A DNA stretch of 48,827 bases from a virus (lineage: Duplodnaviria; Caudoviricetes), in the IMG/VR virus record IMGVR_UViG_3300028536_000021, positions 1-48,827 of that record; one strand, given 5' to 3'. Position 1 is the stretch's first letter. Each line of letters starts with the position of its first letter. The position numbers and the translations under genes are program-made. Below the pieces are notes generated by a model. That model was not told the origin of the DNA. It did not search any database and worked only from the letters and a program-made list of their open reading frames with translations. Below, piece after piece: positions 41,716 to 48,827 of this stretch.

Positions 41716-43502
41716 GCAGCCCTCCCCATCGCAAGTTGCAGGGCGTTCTGACCGCCACCGACCTCAGTCTGCGAGAGGGTCTGGGCACCAGTCGCAACCT
41801 TCTGAGCCGTGTCGGCTTGCTGAGCCGCGGCTTGCTGTTGCTGGGCCTGCTCTCGATTCTGGCGGATCTGGGCGATCGCAGGGTCCTGCCGGATGATCAG
41901 CGGATCGTTGTTCATCAGGAAGTTGTACCGCTTCATGAAGTAGTCGAAGTCAATCACGTCCATGATCTGCGGATCAACGCCGGCGAGATTGCCGGCCAGT
42001 TGGAGAATCCGGTCCATGCCAGAGGTCTTCGAGGCCTGCTGGGCGATGGAGAGCATGGAGATGTACTGGACGGACAGCTCGGCCCCAGCGATCTGGCCTG
42101 GGGCCTGCGGGAGGATGCCAGCGCGGGAGGCGATGGAGAAGGTCCGTTCAATGGCCGGAGCGAGCAGTTCGATCTGAAGACGTTCGAGAACCGGGCCGAG
42201 CATGATCAGGGACTCAGCACGGCGAGCGTTGATCTCCTCTGCAGTCACGTTCGATCGGGTCTGGTATTGAGAGATGGTCTGGAAAAGGTTGTTGAAAAAG
42301 ATCTCCTTGATCCGACCGCGGACGAGCTCAAGGTTCTCGTTCATTGCTGCGAGGTCGGGCTTCCACGAGCCGTAGGCCGGAGTCATGCCGGGGTTGGCCG
42401 AGGACATCAGGCCGGCGATGTAGGTAATGCCGCCGGGGATAAACTGGGTCGGTTGGTTCTTGAGCTGTTGATCGGCGAGGAGCGGCGGGTTAACGTGCTT
42501 GTCTATGCCCTGGGCCTGTCGGCGGACCTGGAGTTGGAGTTGCTTGCAGTCAGGCAGCGCGTCCATGGCTGGGCTTCGGCCGTAGGCGTCGTTGGCCACG
42601 GTGTCCCAGCGTGGATTGAGGTGGGGCGCCTCGTAGAAGCCGCGCTTCTCAAGCAGGCCGGGGGCAAAGCTAGAACCGCCCTGCGGGCTAGCGCTTCCAC
42701 CCCATTCCCAATAGACCTCGCGGTAGGCAAACTTGCTCGGCACTCCGTACTTCTGGGCTTCGTAGTTCGGCTCGATGGCGTGGGCGATGATCAGCTCTCT
42801 GGTGAGGCCAGAGCCCTGCTGTTTGTACAGGGCCGCGACGGAGGGACTGACGTTCTCGACGCCCCAACGCTCGACGGTCTGTTGGATGGTGTAGGTGAAC
42901 TCGCGGTAGAAGACGTCATTGCGGTTCAGCTTGGCATTGCAGTCGACGTAGTACTCGCCGAAGCACGGATTGACGCAGTTGATAACGTTCTCGTGGTCCT
43001 CGTAAATGATCATCGACCCTGTGCCGAAGATGACCAGGTCGAAGTAGAGGATCGCTAGGGCTTGGTAGAAGTTGGATTCTTGGAAGATCTGGAAGATCAC
43101 CGCTTCGACTTGGGCGAGCCAGATCGAGACCGGATCGGTGCCGGCGGAGTTCCACTTGCCGAGAGACAACCGGAACCATGGAGTGGTGGGGTTGGTCACG
43201 CCGTACATTATGCCCGAGGCGAGGTTCCTGGCGGCCAAAGACGGCGTGGAGTCGAGGATGTGTTGGTTGATCGGTGAGCCGCGGCCCATCTGATTCGGAG
43301 TAATGAGCCACTTGTATCGGCGAGGAAGGAAGAAGTCAGCCAGTTCTCGCGCATGGACCCACCAGGAGTAGCGGTTGATCCGGAGGCCAAGCAGCCGACC
43401 TTCGGTGTGCTTGCGAAGCGCGAGTTCCTTCTCCGTCGGCTGCCGGGCCAAGGCCTGGGCGTCGGAGAGTTCTTTGTTGGTGAGTTTGACTCCGTCAGCC
43501 AT
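41712..43502 (-). CDS. Portal / head-tail connector (Bbp21 / T7 gp8-like)
   Basis: ILDST…LASG; PWFRL; SNFY; FGTG; YGRSPAMDAL; TAEEINAR; LGPVLERL. Confidence 0.93.
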   Translation of the reverse strand: MADGVKLTNKELSDAQALARQPTEKELALRKHTEGRLLGLRINRYSWWVHARELADFFLPRRYKWLITPNQMGRGSPINQHILDSTPSLAARNLASGIMYGVTNPTTPWFRLSLGKWNSAGTDPVSIWLAQVEAVIFQIFQESNFYQALAILYFDLVIFGTGSMIIYEDHENVINCVNPCFGEYYVDCNAKLNRNDVFYREFTYTIQQTVERWGVENVSPSVAALYKQQGSGLTRELIIAHAIEPNYEAQKYGVPSKFAYREVYWEWGGSASPQGGSSFAPGLLEKRGFYEAPHLNPRWDTVANDAYGRSPAMDALPDCKQLQLQVRRQAQGIDKHVNPPLLADQQLKNQPTQFIPGGITYIAGLMSSANPGMTPAYGSWKPDLAAMNENLELVRGRIKEIFFNNLFQTISQYQTRSNVTAEEINARRAESLIMLGPVLERLQIELLAPAIERTFSIASRAGILPQAPGQIAGAELSVQYISMLSIAQQASKTSGMDRILQLAGNLAGVDPQIMDVIDFDYFMKRYNFLMNNDPLIIRQDPAIAQIRQNREQAQQQQAAAQQADTAQKVATGAQTLSQTEVGGGQNALQLAMGRAA

Positions 43503-43768
43503 CAGGGTGTCTCCCCATGCCGAACGGAGCTCCGGGTCCGAGAAGCTGCGACCTCAGCAGCATCGGAGGCCTCATTGCCCCGACGGTCCTCGACCTGGCC
43601 TTCGACGGGATCGAGGCGAGAGGCGAAGGTGCCTGCGTCGAAGATAGGCCGGTCGAACTTCCCAAGTTTTTTCATCACCGAGAGAGCCATGAGGTAGTCA
43701 GTCTCCGAAGGCTTGGAGATTGGCATTGGGACAGGCATATTGGGCGAGCCAGGGACGCGAAGGGGCAC
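43502..43768 (-). CDS. Hypothetical protein
   Basis: TGATG coupling to the portal gene. Confidence 0.55.
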   Translation of the reverse strand: MPLRVPGSPNMPVPMPISKPSETDYLMALSVMKKLGKFDRPIFDAGTFASRLDPVEGQVEDRRGNEASDAAEVAASRTRSSVRHGETP

Positions 43769-43771
43769 GGC

Positions 43772-44065
43772 TTATTCTTCGCCTCCACTCTTCTTTCTCA
43801 GTTGAATTTGCTGACCGATGCTCATGTCTGTCACCCGTCGGTGTTGAGCATCAGCGTTCTTGTTCGACCTTTCGATCTCCCTCGCCGAGTCCATCAGACG
43901 TATCTCATCGAATGTAACCATATGATCCCAAGTCATACCACTATGAAGACCAGGAAGCCAAAATTCCCCTTCAATAAGAGTAGCCTTGCAAAGGCGTACC
44001 TGATTGTCTTTCATGTGCTGTTGAGCAAAACCCAATTCTACTTCACGACGCGTAAACTTGGCCAT
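43772..44065 (-). CDS. Hypothetical protein
   Basis: GAGGA SD; more AT-rich than neighbours. Confidence 0.6.
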   Translation of the reverse strand: MAKFTRREVELGFAQQHMKDNQVRLCKATLIEGEFWLPGLHSGMTWDHMVTFDEIRLMDSAREIERSNKNADAQHRRVTDMSIGQQIQLRKKSGGEE

Positions 44066-44529
44066 TGTTCATTCCTCTTCATTTCAATTCGAGCCAGAAG
44101 CCTGTTACAACCATCGCGGAGTTGTTGAAGTTCAAGCCCTGAGAGCTCCGACAAATCCATATTGTCCAAGGAATACACCAGCCCGGGAATTAAACTGCAC
44201 TCCTTAAGAAGCTTGGAATTGGTTCGTTGGACTGCACGGACCTCCCGTTCGAGGTTAGGCTCATCAGGCAAATGCGTCACACGTGACGTTTTTGAATGCG
44301 CAATCTGTGACATCGTCTTTGTTTCGTCACGAGCTAATTCCATATAGCGCTGTGCTTGACGCTTTCCAAACTCCGGAAAGTGATGCTCAAGATATTTCCC
44401 GAATTGTCCATGAGGCACAAGCTTTTTTGCCTCAAGCATCAGCTGACCCCATTCAACATAGTCCTTCTCGACTCGATCATAGATGATGATGGCTGCTTCT
44501 GTTATCTGTTCTAATGTTCTCATCTTCAT
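44038..44529 (-). CDS. DUF3102-like protein
   Basis: WGQLMLEAKKLVPHGQFGKYLE…RQAQRYMELAR. Confidence 0.72.
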   Translation of the reverse strand: MKMRTLEQITEAAIIIYDRVEKDYVEWGQLMLEAKKLVPHGQFGKYLEHHFPEFGKRQAQRYMELARDETKTMSQIAHSKTSRVTHLPDEPNLEREVRAVQRTNSKLLKECSLIPGLVYSLDNMDLSELSGLELQQLRDGCNRLLARIEMKRNEQWPSLRVVK

Positions 44530-44723
44530 TCTCCAAATCCCGTGAACCAACCCGCGCCCCCAAGCGGGCTCACACAGCCCCGAGTCGGATCGTCCTGGAC
44601 CTTTGGTCTCGGCGGGGCCCGCAGGTCAATCTCGCGCATCCTCGCATGCCAGGCGTCGGTCTGGGCCTGACCGGCAGCGGCGACTCGAAGGGCTTGAGCG
44701 GCTTGGTCGATTGGTTCTGTCAT
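44526..44723 (-). CDS. Hypothetical protein
   Basis: ATGA couplings on both sides. Confidence 0.5.
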   Translation of the reverse strand: MTEPIDQAAQALRVAAAGQAQTDAWHARMREIDLRAPPRPKVQDDPTRGCVSPLGGAGWFTGFGE

Positions 44724-44917
44724 TGGCCTAACAGGGTTTTGGTTCCGACATTAGTTGGGTTGCCTTGGCCCATGACCGTCGAGCCCCAGCCAGCATTCGA
44801 AGCCGCAAGCTGCTGTTGGCGCTTGCCCGCGCCTGCGGTGTTCGAGCCACCAAACATCGGCGGGTTCGGCGGAGGGGGCGGAGCGACCGGCGGCGGTGGA
44901 GTCGGGGCGGAGATCAT
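44720..44917 (-). CDS. Small Pro-rich virion protein typical of the pre-portal position
   Basis: PTPPPPVAPPPPP…GWGSTV…KTLLGQ. Confidence 0.72.
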   Translation of the reverse strand: MISAPTPPPPVAPPPPPNPPMFGGSNTAGAGKRQQQLAASNAGWGSTVMGQGNPTNVGTKTLLGQ

Positions 44918-46443
44918 CAGTTCAGAGCTCCATGTGGGTGGTAATCGGCCTGGGCCCCGGTGGACTCGACACCACCGAGCGAGGCATAGGGGTGATAGTC
45001 GGTCGGGGCTTCCTGTGGCCCCACGTCGTAGCCCCCATGCCGCACGGACTTTGGGTCCAGGGGAAAGGCGAAGGTACAGGCCAAGGCGTCCAGGTCATCA
45101 GGGCTTGGCTTGCCCTCGCGCATCATGACCTCCTTCGAAGTCAGCAGGATCTGGTCGCGGTTATTGAAGGTGTAGGTGATCGATAGCAGTTGAGCCCGGA
45201 GGTCTGTGTCCTTCGGCAACGCGCCGGTCTTCAGCCACGCCCTGACCGAGCCGTACATCTCCGCGCGCTTGTTGGCGTAGGACTCCCGATCGGTGCCGGT
45301 CTCGCTCCAGCCCGAAGGTTTCCCACCGAACTGCACGCCGAAGCAATGCAGTTGCATGTGACGGACCTGGTCCACGACGCCGCCACCAACGCCGCCTTCG
45401 TCGATCATGATCCCGTCGGCCCGGAGGTCACGGTTGGCCCGGGAGACCTCCGCTGCGAGGTCGACGGTCGATAGGCCCTGGAACTTCCGCCGGGGGATCG
45501 AGCAAGCATCGCGGCCTCGTCGGGGATAGATGACGGAGAAGTTCGCGCCGAACCTGGCCACATCAACTCCGAGGGCAAGGGCTCCGAAGGCAGGCTCGAC
45601 CTCCCGGGCCATCGCTGCGTCAACCTCTTCGGCATTGAAGAACTCCAGCTCGCCGGTCCGGGGGAATTCGCCTTTGATCCTGATCCGCGCGAAGTCGCTG
45701 TCGTCGCCATAGGACTTCAGCCACGAGGCGATTTGGTCTTTGTTGGTGAAGGAAACAGTGCGGGAGTCGACGCGGGTCTGGAACCACTCGGAGTCAGGGT
45801 CGAAGCAGGCCTTGAACCGGCCGGAGTTGCGGGTTGGGTTGCCAAAGACTGCGAAGATGATCTGGGTGTCGGCGTCGGTCAATGCGCCTTCGGACACCTC
45901 CCAAATGGCGTCGGGGATCGCGGAGGCCTCGTCGAATAGGACCAGAATCCGTCGGCCCTGGTTGTGCATGCCAGCAAAGGCCTCGGTGTTGCGCTCAGAC
46001 CACGCGATCATGTCGATGCGCCAAGTCCGTTCCTTGTCACGGTCGGCGGAGTAGATGGCGGTCGGGGTAAGTTTGAATAGGTGCTTGGCTATGAATAGGT
46101 TGTACCAACGACCGAGTTCGGCCCAGGTCTTCGTCTTGAGCTGTGCCTCGGTGTTCGCGGTGACGTAGCCACGAGTGTCGGACCGGGTTGAGATGGCCCA
46201 AAGGATCAGCCAAGCACAGAGGGCTGACTTGCCAACGCCGTGGCCAGAAGCCGTGGCGAGTTTGATCGCAGCGGGAAGGGGCAAGCCATCACGGACAGCC
46301 TCCAGGACCCGTCGTTGCCAATCCTCTGGGCCAGCAGACCGGGCAAGGATGCCCTGGCCCCATTCGAAGGCGCCAAGGACAAAGGCGTAGGGATCGTCGC
46401 CTACGGAGGCCAGCCAGTCGAGAAGGGCGTCGTCGGGGGACAT
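44917..46443 (-). CDS. terL: Terminase large subunit
   Basis: ASGHGVGKS; VLFDEAS; GNPTRNSGRF; LGVDVARFG; SPDDLDAL. Confidence 0.95.
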   Translation of the reverse strand: MSPDDALLDWLASVGDDPYAFVLGAFEWGQGILARSAGPEDWQRRVLEAVRDGLPLPAAIKLATASGHGVGKSALCAWLILWAISTRSDTRGYVTANTEAQLKTKTWAELGRWYNLFIAKHLFKLTPTAIYSADRDKERTWRIDMIAWSERNTEAFAGMHNQGRRILVLFDEASAIPDAIWEVSEGALTDADTQIIFAVFGNPTRNSGRFKACFDPDSEWFQTRVDSRTVSFTNKDQIASWLKSYGDDSDFARIRIKGEFPRTGELEFFNAEEVDAAMAREVEPAFGALALGVDVARFGANFSVIYPRRGRDACSIPRRKFQGLSTVDLAAEVSRANRDLRADGIMIDEGGVGGGVVDQVRHMQLHCFGVQFGGKPSGWSETGTDRESYANKRAEMYGSVRAWLKTGALPKDTDLRAQLLSITYTFNNRDQILLTSKEVMMREGKPSPDDLDALACTFAFPLDPKSVRHGGYDVGPQEAPTDYHPYASLGGVESTGAQADYHPHGALN

Positions 46444-46444
46444 T

Positions 46445-46837
46445 AGACGTCCACCGAAAAGAAACTGGTTCCCAGCGGGCGTTTGCGATCACGGAAGAAG
46501 TCCGAATGATCGTAGGGACGCCGCGCTGGTGGCAGGGACGCAAACAGTAGACATAGCCTGCCTGTCTCTGACATGACTATCAGCCCCGGATTTGATCCCG
46601 GACGGGTCGCTCTGCCCAATGGGCCACGCTCATGCACTCGCGAACACCGCTGCCTCAGGCGCCGTTTAACGTCTGCCTCATCGACGCCGGCCGCACAACT
46701 GCCTCCCTCGCCAAGCCGGGCGGCACAAGGCCGCTCAGTCGGACGGTGCGGAGGTGCAATCAGCATTTGTGCTACCTTATCCCCCAGGCAATCGCCAGGA
46801 GGTCTTCGATCAGCCCTCTTTTCGGAGCCTATTAATC
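46445..46837 (-). other. ~390-nt terS-terL spacer: candidate structured RNA and/or 132-aa ORF (46443-46841)
   Basis: Dense hairpins, including an interrupted 21-bp stem at 46472-46529. The ORF has atypical composition but is coupled at both ends. Confidence 0.4.
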
Positions 46838-47374
46838 TCATGCCCGACGCTCCACTTCCAGCTCGATCAGCCGCCCCGCACCGAACGGCCCGAGCCGTGT
46901 CCTGCCAGCTTCCTTCGCCCGCTCGATGGCCCGGTCCAGCCGCGTGCCCAAGTCGGCGTTCACATTCAGCCGCGTCTCCATCCGCCCCAGACCTGTTCGG
47001 TCATTCGCGTCCGCGGCCAGCGCCAGCAGGTCCTTGGTCGACAGGCCCCCCGGATCGTCGCGGAGCCGGCGGTTCAGCTCGTCCAGGGCCAAAAGGGCGT
47101 TGTGGTTCAGGCGCTCGGACGATTCGGCGAGGAAGGTGGCTTGGCCTGCCTTGGCGTCCTCGGCGTACTGCGCGATCAGCTCGGCGTTCGCGGGGTTCTC
47201 CGCCCACGCCTTGACGCCAGCGCCGGTCATCCCGAGCAGCCGGCCTACCTGCGCATAGGACCGGCCCTCCGCGACCAGCCGGGCTCGGAGGTGATGGCGC
47301 TCACGGATCTGGGCCACGGCGCCCTTCGGCCGGCCCCGAGTGACCGGAATGGGCTCAGCGGACAGGATTTCCAT
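46838..47374 (-). CDS. terS: Probable terminase small subunit (HTH)
   Basis: EGRSYAQVGRLLGMTGAGVKAW HTH; upstream of terL. Confidence 0.65.
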   Translation of the reverse strand: MEILSAEPIPVTRGRPKGAVAQIRERHHLRARLVAEGRSYAQVGRLLGMTGAGVKAWAENPANAELIAQYAEDAKAGQATFLAESSERLNHNALLALDELNRRLRDDPGGLSTKDLLALAADANDRTGLGRMETRLNVNADLGTRLDRAIERAKEAGRTRLGPFGAGRLIELEVERRA

Positions 47375-47522
47375 CGGCCTTAGTCCCTGCGGGCGCTTCG
47401 CCGGAGGTGGGCAGATCCGCGACCTTCCCTGGCCGCAGCTCTAGCCGCCGGTCTTCGAGGCCCTTGGCGATCCAGGCGGCCCAGCCCCTGCGGAGGATCT
47501 CCTCGGTCAGTCTGGGGCGCAT
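47355..47522 (-). CDS. Small hypothetical protein (MRPRLTEEILRRGW…)
   Basis: GGAGG SD before ATG 47522. Confidence 0.55.
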   Translation of the reverse strand: MRPRLTEEILRRGWAAWIAKGLEDRRLELRPGKVADLPTSGEAPAGTKADGNPVR

Positions 47523-47698
47523 GGCCGTGACCTCCGGGGCGGCCTGGCATCGAGCACCACCAACCGCCCCCCGACCCACAGATGCGGCCGGCAGTGGGCC
47601 TCGTGGGCGCCCTGGAACCTCCGGCGGGCAGTGGGCCGCGGGCGGAACCGTGGCCGCTCGCGCAAGTTTCGGGCCTTTCGGATGTCTTCGATCTGCAT
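47507..47698 (-). CDS. Arg-rich 63-aa protein, first gene of the late arm
   Basis: GGAGA SD; MQIEDIRKARNLRERPRFRPRPTARRRF. Confidence 0.55.
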   Translation of the reverse strand: MQIEDIRKARNLRERPRFRPRPTARRRFQGAHEAHCRPHLWVGGRLVVLDARPPRRSRPCAPD

Positions 47699-47762
47699 TG
47701 CTGTTCTCCGTGCCTTTGGCGGCCTCAGGGAAGTCCTTCCCGCGCGCACCATGTTCGGGGAC

Positions 47763-47791
47763 AGCTTAGCATGCCTTGTGGGTTGTGTCAA
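47763..47791 (-). promoter_or_regulatory. Sigma70-like promoter for the virion arm, TTGACA-N17-TAAGCT
   Basis: Near-consensus hexamers with 17-bp spacing, ~65 nt upstream of the first minus-strand gene. Confidence 0.75.
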
Positions 47792-47927
47792 CGGCCTGGG
47801 GCCTACTCCAGGTTGTAAAAGTCATGCTTCTTTGTGGGGTCTGGGTTGCAAGAAATGCATAGCTCCAACCTCATATTTGACACAATCATATGCCATGATC
47901 AGCAATCAACCATAAGGAGACCCCACC

Positions 47928-48263
47928 ATGCAAGAACTTTTTGATCTCGGCTTCATTGAACTAAGAAATCGCCCATCCGGTATATATGCCTTGTGTCGTG
48001 GCGACGAGGTAATCTACATAGGCCAATCCGTCAATGTCTATTCGCGCGTACGTGAGCACTACAACCACCGTCAACAAAAATACTGGGATCGCGTATTCGT
48101 CCTCTGGTGCTCTCCAGTAGACCTCAACCGCACCGAAACACAAATGATCCACCATTTCCGCCCGGAACACAATCGCCATATCCCAACAGGCGATACCGCG
48201 CCTACATTCGATCTTCTGGCCGCCCTGGGCTTGCAAACCCCGCGCCTTGAGCGGCGAGATTAA
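47928..48263 (+). CDS. GIY-YIG nuclease-domain protein ending in shared tag FDLLAALGLQTPRLERRD
   Basis: GIYAL…VIYIGQS…RVREH…E…RPEHN; TAAGGAG SD. Confidence 0.85.
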   Translation: MQELFDLGFIELRNRPSGIYALCRGDEVIYIGQSVNVYSRVREHYNHRQQKYWDRVFVLWCSPVDLNRTETQMIHHFRPEHNRHIPTGDTAPTFDLLAALGLQTPRLERRD

Positions 48264-48550
48264 TTGTGTTGAAATTGTGAAGAGTTGATCTCATATTTTT
48301 TGGTAGAAAGGCCTCAGCGGCGCGTGCAAGCCGGACTTTTTGCCCCCGGGGTGGGGTCGGCGCGGAATGACCCCAGCAAGGGCGAGGAAATAGAAAAAAA
48401 GATCATGGCGGAAGTAAGGCGATCCTGTGACAAGAGTGAGAAATAGATTTGTCAAGTGTGGCAAGAATGTCACACTAGCGATAGGAAAATCCCTACCCCT
48501 TGACAAAATAAGGCAAGCCTTAATTGTAGCTAAGTCGGCCGATAGGAAGC

Positions 48551-48616
48551 GAGCTATGGCCAGGACGCATAGCTCAGGACGAAACAGGCCTTAGCTATGC
48601 TAAAATGCATAGCTAA
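48551..48616. promoter_or_regulatory. Two tandem operator-like palindromes AGCTATG-N8/9-CATAGCT
   Basis: GAGCTATG-N9-CATAGCTC (48551-48575) and TTAGCTATGC-N6-GCATAGCTAA (48591-48616); half-site at 47857-47864. Confidence 0.6.
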
Positions 48617-48630
48617 AATATCCAATACAG

Positions 48631-48788
<158 letters not shown>

Positions 48789-48827
48789 TTTTTTTATTTA
48801 TTTTAAAAAAAAAGAAAAAAAAAAAAA

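Noticed and set aside
41736-43058. 440-aa plus-strand ORF and other long antisense ORFs (e.g. 19185-19991, 23645-24484)
   Set aside because: These are shadows of GC-rich genes on the opposite strand, with no RBS or motifs.
46540-46590. TCAGAGAC resembling the group I intron R element
   Set aside because: No correctly ordered S/P7 partner, and no interrupted gene on either side.

Overview
The window is an essentially complete ~48.7 kb podovirus-type dsDNA phage genome. Bases ~1-107 are an error-degraded copy of ~48675-48784, so the assembly probably closes as a circle broken at an A29 tract. There are two convergent arms. The + strand (~480-17075) carries many small early genes and a replication/recombination module: UvrD-like helicase with an HNH intein in its P-loop, Cas4/RecB-like nuclease, Sak4-like ATPase, DUF669-like SSB, a UDG-exonuclease fusion, a separate family A polymerase and a DUF3987-like ATPase. 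The - strand (47698-17056) carries a BPP-1/T7-like virion module: terminase, portal, GH108 endolysin, scaffold, capsid, cement, tailspike, fibre, tail tubular proteins and ejection proteins. It ends in holin-like genes flanking an Omp25/RopB-type beta-barrel, which suggests an alphaproteobacterial (Hyphomicrobiales-like) host. I recognised no RNA polymerase, primase, integrase or tRNA. The most unusual signals are: (1) five genes in the virion module, including the tailspike, start with Sec-type signal peptides cleaved before Gln, and four have even Cys counts, suggesting exported virion parts; (2) three unrelated proteins share a C-terminal [FV]DLxxxLx[IL]...[VL]ERR[DE] tag; (3) a palindromic CTAG-repeat/(GA)7-A29-(TC)7 element spans the genome junction; (4) the proofreading active site of the polymerase is split across two genes; (5) tail tubular protein B apparently starts at AUU. 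All family calls come from motif recognition by eye, not database searches.
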